Position numbers and translations under genes: made by a program. A stretch of 64,000 nt of DNA from Callorhinchus milii. Taxonomy: Eukaryota. The notes beneath the pieces are model-generated. The model did not search any database, was not told where the DNA came from, and saw nothing but the letters and a program-made list of their open reading frames with translations. Of this stretch, positions 51,601-62,604 are shown in pieces (the stretch's first letter is position 1; each line of letters starts with the position of its first letter). The stretch spans positions 93,250,001 to 93,314,000 of the forward strand of contig NW_024704742.1 in NCBI RefSeq assembly GCF_018977255.1. The letters run 5' to 3'.

Positions 51601-54600
51601 CTTTCAAGATGTGTAGATCAATTTATGAAGTTTCATTACCTCCTCCTCCTTTAATCGGAGACTCTGTTGCACCTCCCTCAACTCCATTTGCTCTTTCTGG
51701 ATTGTTTGCGTCTTTTCTCCAATAAGTTTCTCTTGTTGCATTGTCACAGTATTTTTCAGTTTGATCTTTTCCATCAGTTTTTTCATATCTCCCTGCAGTT
51801 TTTTAATAATCTCATTGGCCTGTAATGAAACAGCATTAAATGTTGATTCAATTTCAACAATTTCTGAGAAGTTTTGACAAAACTAAAATATGATTTGCAG
51901 TTTCAATGTATAATTGCATGCAGGTAGGACCAAACAGACACCATGCAATTCTACAGAATATGCAATTACCGAAAGTTCACTAGTGGTACCACTTTCCCTC
52001 GCTCTTCACACCGTCTCTGCTGCCAATCTCCGCACCACCTCTCTTAACACATCATGCTTCAGCTCTTCCCGTCGCTCTCCGCGTTGCCTCTCTTCTCATA
52101 ATGTGCTTGAAAAGATGCCACATATACACCTCAACGCGTTCAACTCCTCAACCAATGCAAGTATCCTAACTAATTATGCAGGTGCAAATGAAATCAATGA
52201 AATGAAATCTTTCATGCAATTAAGTGAATTCTGCAATTATCCGATATGCATTCCGAGCAGAGTGCAATACCGTGCAAACAAACAGCTAATGTTCGATACC
52301 TTGAAATTCTATCCAATTAAATGGAATATGAAATTAAGTGGAATGCACCTGTACTTTAAACAAAAACACTTTCGAAATCTTTGGACTCAATCCTTTCTTG
52401 AAAAGGATTAAAAAATAAATGATCGACAATATCTACTTGGCCCTCAACTGTCTTTTCTCCCTCACATTCAAGCCATGGCCTGCTCTACCTTCCCTCACCT
52501 CCGTAACATCGCCCGACTCCACCACTACCTCACCCCTCAGGCCACTGAAACTCTTGTTCATGCCTTCATGCCTTCATCACCTCCAGGCTCGACTACGCAA
52601 ACGCTCTGCTTGTCGGTCTTCCCAACTCCTCCCTCCGCAGGCTGCAGATAATCCAGAACTCTGTGTCCTCTGCCGCACCAAACTCTGTGAACCCATCTCC
52701 CCCATTCTCGCCTGACTCCATTGGCTCCCTATCCTTCAGAGGATCCAGTTCAAGATCCGGGTCCTCACATATAAAGCTTTCCACGGCCTCACCCCACCCT
52801 ACCTCTGCGACCTCCTAACCCCTTACCAACCCGCCCAATCCCTCCGTTCAGCCGGCTCCATGTCCCCCGACCCACCCACCCCACCATTGGTGGCAGAGCA
52901 TGCCCCAAACTCTGGAATTCCATCCCCCAGTCACTCCGCCTCCTTAGCCTCCTTCAAATCCCGCCTCAAGACCCTCCTCTTCGACCAAGTCATCAGCCAC
53001 CCCCCTTCCTCTCTTCCCCCCCACCACCTCGACCCCAGCTTGTGTCTGAAATGCTGTACGTTGTCCAGCGCCTTGGGACATCCTCCCGACGTGAAAGGCG
53101 CTATACAAATGTAATCTTGTTGTTGTTGTCCCGCAAATGGTTCAAATGGGATTTATTAGCTCTTAACATAATTCAAGGAAGCAACCTTTAATCCTTCAAA
53201 CAAGTAAGACAGTAATCCTCTTTCCTTTTTTTCCTTAAAGGCATCAAACATGGCAAATTCAACTGAAACGACCTGAAGGATGGCCAGTACAACAACAAAA
53301 TTACATTGGTATAGTGCTTTTCATGTCAGGAGGATGTCTGAAGTCACTGGCCAGTCAGTGTTTTGGACTCAAGCTGGGGGTCAGGATCAGGGAGGATGTA
53401 GGGCGGGCAGGGGAGGGGGGTAAAAAGGAGGGTCTTGAGACAGGTCTTGAAGGAGGCAAGGAAGAGGGCGAGGTGGAGGGATTGCGGAGTGGAGTTTCAG
53501 AGGGTGGGGGCAGAGTGGCAGAAGTCCACCTGCCAATGGTATGGCGGGCAAGGCGGTGGACATGAAACAGACTGGAGGCCGCTGAGTGGAGGGAGCGCGC
53601 ACGTTTGTATGGGGTTAGGAGGTCGGCAAGATAGGGGGAGCAAGACCATGGAGAGCTTTGAAGGTGAGGACCATGATCTTGTACTGTATCCTCTGGGAAG
53701 CCAGTGGATTCGGCGGAGGATGGGGGCGATAGGGTCACGGCGCCTGGTACGGGAGGACATGGGCTGCAGAGTTCTGGATGATGTGCAGCCTGTAGAGGGA
53801 GGAGTTGGACAAGCAGGGAGTTTGCATAGTCGAGCCTGGATGCTATGAAGGCATGTATGAGTGTCTCGGCGGTCTGCGGTGTTAGACAGTGGCAGAGCCG
53901 CACGTTGTTGCGGAGGTTGGAGAAGGCAGAACTGGTTATGGCACTGATGTGTCATAAAAAAGGACAGTTGAGAGTCAAACAAGTCACCAAGTTTCTGGAC
54001 TGGCTTTGTAAAGTAGAGTGTACATCCTTGGATGGTGATGCTGTTAGTGCCTGAGGTGTGGAGGGGTAATGGTCCTGGAGTCGAGGTAGAGAGATACAGT
54101 TGGGTGTCATCCACATACATGTGGATATTGACCCCATGTCTGCGAATTATGTCACCAAGAGGGAGTACATTGATATTAAAAAGGATTGTATGAGAGCTAG
54201 GATCTGAACCAGTCAAGGACAGAACCATGAAGGTCGAGGTGAGAGGAAAGGCGGTGGAAGAGGATAGAGTGGTCAATGGTATCAAAGGCAGCAGAGAAGT
54301 CAAGAAGGCAGAGGGAGCCCTGGTCGCAGAAGGACAAGATGTCATTTGTCACTTTGTTGAGGTAAAGAGACAGGTGGCCATGGACATGGGTGGCGGAATG
54401 GGTGTGAAGGGAAAGGTTCAGGGAGAGGAGAGGAGAGAGAAGTCAGCCGAGATAGAGCACGAGGGGGTGGAGTGCAGGTTAAAGTCTCCTAAGATGAGGA
54501 GGTGTTCAGTGCAGAGGAAAGGTAGAAGGGCGGAGATGTCCGAGAGGAAGATGGGGGAGGGTTTGGCAGGGGGACGATAAACAAGAAGGATTTTGAGGGA

Positions 54601-57600
54601 CAGGTTGGAGAGGTTAAGGTGCTCAAAGGAGGGGAAGTTTCTGGAAGAGTAAGGGGATAAGCCGAGTGGGAACCGGGAGATGAGAGCCGCACTGCCACCA
54701 CGGTGGTTAGGTCATGGGGTATGGTGGAAGGTGTAGGCGGGTGGTGTGGCCTAGGTCAGGAGGAAGGTGTCAACTGAGGTGACCCAGGTTTCGGTGAGGG
54801 CAAGGATGTCAATGTGTTCGTCGATAATGAGGTCTTGAATGGTGAGCATTTTGCTGGAGAGGGAACATACATTTTGTAGGGGACAGCCTGTGGTGTAGGA
54901 ATGGGCGAGATGGGGCGGGTGGGGGTTGTTGACAGGGAGTGTGGGAATGTGCATAAGGGAGGAGAGGTTGGCACTCAGGGTCACGGACTGATGGGCTTTG
55001 AGCTGGGAGGTGGGGAATGGGGCAGTCAGAGTGGCTGCTGTTGGACAGCCAGCGACTTCTGCTACGGTGGGCTTGACGGAGGATTCGCAGGCTGGAGCAG
55101 AGGGAGGCTGCGGGAGGGTTGAGCAGGGATAGGAGTGGGGGGGAGCGGTGAGAGAGAAGGGTTGAGTGGGAGTAGTGGAAGGTAGCAGCAAGGAACGATA
55201 GCAGATGACAGACGCAAAGAAGGATGGCAGTAGTCACGATCAATCCCTACCACCAACTCAGCGGTAAATCAGGCAGCAAATTGCCTAAAAATTAAATAAA
55301 CTGAATATGTCTGAGCCAAGTTCTCTTGGAAAGGTAATACAGTAATCACTTTTGTAACAGTGTCGGTTCAGTTACCTTCAGTAATTCTTCTGAAAGAGAC
55401 TTCACAGTAGCTTCCAGTTTTCTGTTTTGTTGCTGCTTTTGTTCTAAGCTCCCCTCTAGATTTTTCTGTACAGAAGAGGAATTTATTCACACAAAAAAAA
55501 ACTGCTGCCAACATTCAGCAAATCCCAGTTCTGTTTTACACAAAGTTTGTTGATAAAAAGATTTTATTTAATATTTTATCATATTTAAGCAGCAGTGAAT
55601 GCATTTCATCAGACATTCAATTAACAAACTGTTTAAAACGGGCTGCTTTAGATGTCAAACAGATAAAGACAAGATGATTAGGATTGCATTATTTTAGCAT
55701 TTAATTCTTCTGTATGTCTCATCTGTGTGAGAAATTATTCAGGTCAGATTTGCAACAATTGTTAGACCCCAATGTAAAACTACTGAAGGACTGAATGGTT
55801 AAAGATTTTAACATCAAATGTGTTCCTTTCATTTCCTGGCACACACTACCTCTCTGACCTCCTCACTCCCCAATCCATCACCCGGCGCCTCTGCTCGACT
55901 GGCACCGGCCTCCTGCTTGTCCCACACGCCCTCCACGCCACCATTGGAGGTCAGGCATTCAGCCACTATGCCCCAAAACTCTGGAACACTCGCCCTCAAT
56001 CCCTCCACTTTGCCCCATCTTTCCCCTTTTTCAAGTCCTGCCTGAAAACCTTCCTATTCGACTGTGTTACGGTCACCCATGCCACCCCCCCACCCCCACC
56101 CACCCTGGGCTCAGCCACTGTTAAGCACTCTGAGACACTTCCCTGCGCAAAGGGCACTACATAAGCACAAGTTGTTGTTGTTCAGTGGATCCCATTATGA
56201 CTGTTTTCTGTTTTGTTGCTGCTTTTGTTCTAAGCTCCCCTCATCCTGAATGCTCAACTGAAAAGTGAAATAAATTGCATCCGATTTCCAATACCTTGTG
56301 TTCCTGTGTACTTTCAAAGACTTCTGTTGTCCTTGTAACCACCTGCTCTTTATCCTTCACTTCTTGCTCCAGGACAGCGGTCCTCGTTCGCAGTTGATTC
56401 AGCAGTTTTTCTTTTTCATGGCATTCCGCATCTAATGTGGAGTTCTCTCTCCTCAGTGAAAGAATTTCCTGCTTTGATCTTTGACACTCCTGAACACCAC
56501 ATAACAAAATAAGGACAGGCAAAATTAATCTATCATTTTAGCTTAGAAAAATGGGAAATGCAGTTAAAATAATAAATTAGCATGGAAACAATTTAGGAGT
56601 ACTTATTTTCCAAACTGAAAAATAAAATAATATAATCCTTGCATTTGATATAGCGCCTTTTCACGTCTTTGGGACGTCTCAAAACGCTTCACAGAATATA
56701 CTGTAAAGTGAATTGACTGTATAAAATCATACATCCACTGTAGGTTTGTGAATCCTCCACTAAGTGCAAGAGAATTTCTATATATTCTATTACAATAATC
56801 CTGCACCAGTGGTCTTCTCAATTTTTTTTCCCCCTGAACATTTTCTGCTCTTCTCTCCTGAAGAAAAAGGGAGATTCAGACCAGGACATGGTTCTATGGA
56901 CCTCCAGGAACCTGCCACATTAACCTTCATCTATTTGTGTCCAGACAATGAGTTCTGACAAGCAATTCAATATAGCCTGTAATTCCCTCTGCATTTACAC
57001 ATCTTGTAAAATTAAACCCTATAATGCATTTTTTTTATTTAAAAGTTTGAATAGTCACATAAAAAATACATTAAAAATGATTTGCCAACCTCTTCCATTC
57101 CCAACAGTTTGGCTTTCAACTCCCGTATTGAAGATTCTGATTTATATCTCCTCTCAGTAAGATCCTTGTTAATAGTTTCCAGTTCAGCTAGCCTGCTCTC
57201 TAAATGTTGAACTGTTCGACTGTGTGCTATTTCCATCTCCTTCTTCTGTTGTTCCCACTGAAGCTGGTACTGTCTTTGAGCCTAAAAGGCACAGAAATAC
57301 TGTAATGTCAGAGAAACTTTAAGGTTGAGTAAAGGGGAAATATTAATATATATCTATCAGTGTAATTCTATGCATATGTGAGGAAAACAAACGTAAAATG
57401 CACACTTTCAATCGAAAGAAGATATCTATTTCGAGGCTCTTCATTTTTTGAATCAGGAGCATTCTACAATAATGGGTAAAAGCACCATTCAGACCAAGCT
57501 CACCCATGAGGAATGACCACTTAAGAATAATAATCCTTGCATTTGATATAGCGCTTTTCACGTCGGGAGGACGTCCCAAAGCGCTTCACAGAATACACTG

Positions 57601-60600
57601 TAAAGTGAATTGACTGTATATTTGTGGGCGAACGCGGCAGCCAATTGCACACAGCAATGTCCCACAAACAGTCGTGGATTGAAAATGACCAATTTATTAT
57701 TGTTTTTGTTTTTTGGAGTGATTATTATTAGGCGTGTGGAGTAAGGAAACTTGCCCAAGGTTTCGCCCTGCCTGGAATTGAACTCAGGTCTCTCACTTGC
57801 AAAGCGAGTGCTCTAACCACTGAGCTACAGGTCTCCACGTTAAATGGCAGGATTACAAGTAACAGGCACCAAAATAGTGTGAGGGAATGTACGGAAAGGG
57901 AAAGCCTGCACTCAAGATGAATTCTGCATTCATTATTCAATTTGTAAAGTACAAGATAGCGTTTTTAAAAATGTTCTGCCACACATTGCATTTCTACACA
58001 TTCTCACCTGTTGAGATTTCTCTCGTTCTGTGGTAACCTCTTGACTGTGTTTGTTTGACATCAAGCTTGAATGTGATGTCCATTCATTTCGTAATCGATC
58101 TAATTCTTTACTTTTTTCTGCCAAAGTCTGAACAAAAATGTTAATGGAAAATTATCCTATTTAAAAAACAAATTATCCCATTTAAAGAAAGGTCAACCTA
58201 ATTAAAGGCAAAAATTCTCATTTTTAATTTGTTATTAAATGTATAAACAGGCTGAAAGAAAATAGTTAAAATGTATTTATACTACTGCTTGCGAATTCAA
58301 CCGTTTAAATTTCTCTATAAAATACAACCTCAATGCAGCTCTACCAGTATTCAATTAAATAAGCATAAAGTATATAACTCTTATGAAGTGGGTAAGTAGA
58401 CTAATTCACTATGTTACTGACCAACTGATCAAATCCCTTGCTCATATTATGCATAGGAGCGCTCCACTCTGTATGCTCTGTTGTCCAACAAAAGAAATGC
58501 ACTGCAATTTTTTTACAAACCTGTTGAGTAATGCTTAATCTTTTATTTAAGTCTTCTTCAGATCTGTGCAACCTATCGTCAAGCGAATTCCTTTCCATCT
58601 AAAAAGAGAAATAATTGGTTAAACTGTTATTTATATTTAATTATTTACATGTAGAGCACACATCTATTGATGCTTCATGCAATCCTGTTTAAAAATAGTT
58701 GTTCTAGTCCTCCCAAAGAATTACCACTTGTTCCTGCCTTCTGCCCTATTTTTTCACATCAAATCTTTTGGTTCAAACCTCAGCTTCAGACCATTCCACA
58801 AGCAGAGAAATAGAATGTTGGTCTTCCTTGAGCAAAGCCCCAGTGAGATCCAAAGCTTAAAGCAATGGGCATTTGAAACCAACCTTCATATTTCGGAGAC
58901 AGACAGCTAAATATTTCTTGACATCAGTATCATTTGCTGGCAGCAGCTTTAAGGAGAGGTGGGTGAGATGCTTGAATGGATTAGTTTCTATTACATTCAA
59001 GTTCGCTGGGATGCGATCCATCACAGTGGAGGAAGTTACCAACTGAAGCAGAAACCTACAGAAAATCAACAATGAGGAGGATTAAAAATAAGAGCCTTTA
59101 ACAAGGCTTTTTTTTAATTACAGATCAGAAAAGCATCTCAAAAAGGACTCCATCAGGCTATGTCTTGAGTGGATCAGAAAATAATTAGCAATTTACAATG
59201 AACTGACAGAAATAAATAATCCAAAGTACATCATAGAATGCATGCCAAATTAAAGTGGATGTAACAATAATAAGTCAGTAACTTCTAAATATAATAGAAC
59301 AAGAGAAACTGAATTCTAGAAATCTGAAGTTAAAACACTGAATATTAGAAAGTATCATCTGAAAGGGAAGATTACTTAATTTTTCAGTGGAGGCTACACC
59401 TGTATCTATTATTCTCTTTCAGGTCATGTACTACAACAACTTGCATTTATATAGCACCCTTCACGTGGGGTAGCGTCCTATAGTGTATGTCTTTTGCGGA
59501 GTCTGATCCCGACCCAGGGGAGGTGACCATAAGCACGATCAAAAGGAAGGTCTTATAACATAATAGAACAATAGTCGTAGGCAGGATTTGAAAGTCGGAA
59601 GGGAGGGAGGGGGCAAATCGGAGGGATTGAGGGAAAAAGTTCCAGAGTTTCGGGGTGTAGTGGCTGAAGGCACGTCCACCTATGGTGGACCGGAGGGGAG
59701 AGGGTAAACAAGAGGCTGGAGCCAGCTGAGCGGAGGCAATGGGTGGTGGGGTAGGGTTAAGCAGATTGAATAGGTAAGAAGATACCAGGGCAGGAAGGGA
59801 TTTGAAAATGAGTGAGAGGATCTTGAAATCGATCTGTTCAAAAATTGAGAGCCAGTGGAGCCTGGCAAAGACTGGCGTGATGGGGGTATGGAGTTTTGTG
59901 TGGGTGAGTATCCAGGCGGTGGAGTTTTGGATTAATTGAATCCGATGTATGATCTGATTTGCATTTATTTAAAACAAAATACACACATTACTAATCCTTT
60001 CAGGTTTACATTAACTTTAACAAGTTTAGCCTGGATTCTAAATAGAAAGTACAGTTCAGAAACAGGTCTTTTGGCCCATCCAATCTGGCCAACACATTGA
60101 GCACTGGAGGTGAAGAGCCATAAAAAAAAAATTTCAATCCCATATTTTCGACAGCAACGATTGATGTTAAATATATTTATCCTTTATTAACACAACTACT
60201 TTTTCAAATAATTTCAAGGAAATTTTGAGAATTTGCTTTCAGACCAGTTAATGAGGTTAAAGTGGTATATCAATCCCAACATATGCTGCTAATCCTCCAA
60301 CTCATTTAATTGGATACATTAAAACAAAATTCTGTATCTGTTCCTTCAAAATACCCATGGTATTTAGCCAAACTAATTTTGTTAAACATTTTTATATGAT
60401 AGCATAAATGTATTGTCAAGAAGCATATACATAAATTTACTCAAAAAGATCAATAAATTCTACTCACAATTTCAAGTTATCTTAGAAATATTTCAGCTAT
60501 TCTGCACAAAAAATAAACTAATGTTTAGGACACGTACAATTCAAGAATCAAAGTAGGTTTGTTTCATAAATATATATATATATATGAACAAGTACCACTA

Positions 60601-60759
60601 AAAATTCACAACTCTGTTCAATCATCTATTGATCATCTGCCAATTGAAACCTACCGTGGCATCTCTTTATCTTGTTCTCGGATACATTGTTCCAAAAGAT
60701 CTATGAACCGTTGAGGAAAAGCAGAAAATTCTACCAGCAATCCTTGTTGGGTTTTTAAA
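39581..60759 (-). CDS. SASS6: Spindle assembly abnormal protein 6 (SAS-6), partial spliced gene (exons ~4-17; 5' exons beyond window end)
   Basis: Fourteen exons join in frame: [37 protein letters not shown] (SAS-6 head), long coiled coil, C-terminal SAYFPGQ. Confidence 0.95.
40404..40510 (-). CDS. SASS6: SASS6 exon 16 (107 nt)
   Basis: tttcag|G GAA...GCA G|gtagta; [14 protein letters not shown]... Confidence 0.88.
43679..43785 (-). CDS. SASS6: SASS6 exon 15 (107 nt)
   Basis: tatag|GTG...AT|gtatgt; [10 protein letters not shown]...AASTK(M); phase matches next exon. Confidence 0.85.
44225..44850. mobile_element. Adjacent DeuSINE fragments
   Basis: Deu-type domain and tail similar to 9030-9472, interrupted at ~44453-44572. 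Confidence 0.55.
44960..45106 (-). CDS. SASS6: SASS6 exon 14 (147 nt; NAGNAG acceptor, probable GC donor)
   Basis: ttttcagcag|GCT...CAG|gcaggc; [20 protein letters not shown]...GRGLQ; PVSSA matches human SAS-6 as recalled; 3' boundary inferred from phase. Confidence 0.7.
46830..46960 (-). CDS. SASS6: SASS6 exon 13 (131 nt)
   Basis: cacag|TA ATA...CTG|gtaagt; (V)[12 protein letters not shown]...VQNSL. Confidence 0.92.
48062..48236 (-). mobile_element. 5'-truncated young SINE
   Basis: Tail half of the 3604-3928 family. Confidence 0.85.
48577..48800 (+). mobile_element. 5'-truncated young SINE
   Basis: Body and tail of the 3604-3928 family. Confidence 0.85.
49096..49411 (+). mobile_element. 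Young tRNA-derived SINE nested in an oppositely oriented SINE (48990-49449)
   Basis: Near-full copy flanked by aaggcaagtg / aaggcgagtg. Confidence 0.9.
50210..51320 (+). mobile_element. L2 LINE, reverse transcriptase and 3' end
   Basis: [43 protein letters not shown] motifs; frameshifted; (GTT)n tail. Confidence 0.92.
51471..51552 (-). CDS. SASS6: SASS6 exon 12 (82 nt)
   Basis: aatag|ATG...AAT G|gtaagt; [27 protein letters not shown]. Confidence 0.95.
51640..51819 (-). CDS. SASS6: SASS6 exon 11 (180 nt)
   Basis: tacag|GCC...GAG|gtaatg; [11 protein letters not shown]...[12 protein letters not shown]...LKEEE. Confidence 0.95.
52475..53130 (+). mobile_element. L2 LINE 3' fragment
   Basis: Similar to ~50670-51320. 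Confidence 0.88.
53288..55255 (-). mobile_element. Internally deleted L2 LINE (endonuclease, RT and tail)
   Basis: LQNVCSL...[10 protein letters not shown] (APE endonuclease), [12 protein letters not shown] (RT), L2 tail. Confidence 0.9.
55376..55465 (-). CDS. SASS6: SASS6 exon 10 (90 nt)
   Basis: tacag|AAA...AAG|gtaact; [30 protein letters not shown]. Confidence 0.93.
55843..56182 (+). mobile_element. L2 LINE 3' fragment
   Basis: [14 protein letters not shown]...[10 protein letters not shown], (GTT)n. Confidence 0.85.
56295..56489 (-). CDS. SASS6: SASS6 exon 9 (195 nt)
   Basis: ttcag|GAG...AAG|gtattg; [28 protein letters not shown]...QEHK. Confidence 0.95.
56628..56722 (-). mobile_element. 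SINE 3' tail
   Basis: Tail of the 3604-3928 family. Confidence 0.8.
57090..57281 (-). CDS. SASS6: SASS6 exon 8 (192 nt)
   Basis: ttttag|GCT...GAG|gttggc; [15 protein letters not shown]...[13 protein letters not shown]. Confidence 0.95.
57526..57838 (-). mobile_element. Young tRNA-derived SINE, full length
   Basis: Near identical to 3604-3928. Confidence 0.9.
58008..58127 (-). CDS. SASS6: SASS6 exon 7 (120 nt)
   Basis: ttcag|ACT...CAG|gtgaga; [16 protein letters not shown]...EREKSQQ. Confidence 0.95.
58521..58598 (-). CDS. SASS6: SASS6 exon 6 (78 nt)
   Basis: ttttag|ATG...CAG|gtttgt; [26 protein letters not shown]. Confidence 0.9.
58884..59055 (-). CDS. SASS6: SASS6 exon 5 (172 nt)
   Basis: tgtag|G TTT...AAG|gttggt; FLLQLV...[35 protein letters not shown]. 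Confidence 0.95.
59432..59940 (-). mobile_element. L2 LINE 3' fragment
   Basis: Reverse-complement similarity to 14303-14871. Confidence 0.8.
60655..60759 (-). CDS. SASS6: SASS6 exon 4 (105 nt)
   Basis: ttgcag|T TTA...CG|gtaggt; [34 protein letters not shown](R). Confidence 0.95.
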
Positions 60760-62604
60760 CTGCAAAGACAAGCAAATGATTACCTTTGTGCTATGCACCA
60801 CATAACAGATGTTGGTTTGAGATTCCCTAAACTAATTTCATTCAACATCCTCAAGATGCATTTGGACACATTTCAATGAAAATATCTTTATTGAAAGGAA
60901 TAGTATGTACACTCATTAGGTGTATGGGAGGAGGGGAAAAGGTATTTCCTTTGTAGCTCCACCCGTCCCTATTTAGCAAATGTAGATGGATCTTAAAAGC
61001 CTGCTATTTCATTGTAGATGCTTAAAATGGTGCCAACATATCCCATGGGACTGCACTATTTCATGACAATCTACATTTCCCAACAGTCTTTGTCAACAGG
61101 TTCTGCAGCTGAGGTCACATATACATCTGATATGGCAGATTTCATTAGGTTGGAGATTAATTCCAAAAAATATGGAGAATCATACGAGTTGCTGATTTTT
61201 CGATCTAACTAATAATGCAACACCGATCAAATCTTTCCCAGTTGTTGACACAGACTTTTTTTGAAATATTCCTAAACTCTATGGAATTATAAAATTTAAA
61301 AATTAATCTGCACACTCATGACTGTAGCGGTAGGTAGGTCCAGGTCTCGGGGATCAGGACCAACAGATAGGCCGAACTCTCGGTGATCAAGTAGCAAATG
61401 GTGGTCATTTCTGGGTTCAGGCAGAGCCGCCATTTCACAATTTCCCGCCTTAACCCCTGCGTGACATCACTTCTGCCCACCAGGCTTGAATCCCTGGAAC
61501 CAGGTGCAGTATAGTCTATTAGTATCTCCTTCCGCTTCTCTGTCTTTTCGCTACAGTCTGCTCGGTGTTATCTTCCAAGTTAGGAAACCAGGTGGACAAC
61601 ACAATGAGTGCCCTACCCTCTCTCCTCCCTCTGCACCACCTCTAGCCCCTGCAGTCTGTGGGCTGACCATGCCCCACTGGACGCCTGCCTCGAGTCTCGG
61701 CGTGTGAAACTTGGCTGCCGCCTCCAAACTGCTTTTCCCCAAAAATGCTCCCTACCCTGCAACTCTCCCGCTATGTCCTCCTCCCGTTGCTGAGTAAGAT
61801 GTTCTTCTATAACACTAACAATAACAATTCAGCAGGTGTGAGATAATTGCTTCAATGACATGATAATCGAAAGATTTTGCTTTCTCATCCTGACTGTGAA
61901 AAAAACAATTATAAAAGATGTATGGTTGAACTATAATTTGTTCAGCCTAGGACGGAGCATGTCAGGTGCCGTCCACACAAAAGCTATCTTTCATGTGACG
62001 GTATGAAGTGGTGAAGCCAATGTGTTGTATTTGGATTAAAGACTTGGACTGTTCCATCATTTCATCGACTTTTGTTAACTCCAGCAATTTCAGGAAGAAG
62101 GAAGACTGCAGAAATTCCAGAACTTCTGAAATCGTTTTAAACTTAATGGAAGAAGAACGTATAACAACTATCGAAAATATTAACAACATATAACAAATGT
62201 CAAGTAAAGTACACAGCTCGGTTGTCCATCATCAACTTTGACTTTGCGATCAAAATACCCAAGCAAAGGGTTTTGGGTCTGAATCAAGAGACTTTCCACT
62301 GATGCAAGACTTTTGCCTGTTGATCGGGACTTCTATCAACTGACTCCATCAAAGAGGCAAGATTTGTATGATTTATGGACTATGCAATTATTGGTTAATT
62401 TACTTTGATACAGACATCTGTCTATGCTGTTGACTTGTCTGTTGTATTGCGATATTTTGAACTAACAAACTTTTCATAATAAATGCATTTCATATTAAGT
62501 AAACAAATTTTCAAACATAAGTTGCTGAATGTCTTTCGTTCCACTGCTCATGGGTCCTTATTTAAAGAAAGGCTATAAAGAATAAGCTAGTCTTATTCTG
62601 TTCA

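Noticed and set aside
51900..52400. 165-aa ORF and octamer-like (ATGCAAT/TGCAAAT) rich block
   Set aside because: No homology recognised; the motif density is compatible with chance.
50109..55256. Long ORFs of 140-282 aa
   Set aside because: They are sense, shifted or antisense frames of degenerate L2 elements.
61800..62560. Possible solo LTR (TATAAAA near 61909, AATAAA near 62478)
   Set aside because: No clear TG...CA ends, target duplication or second copy.
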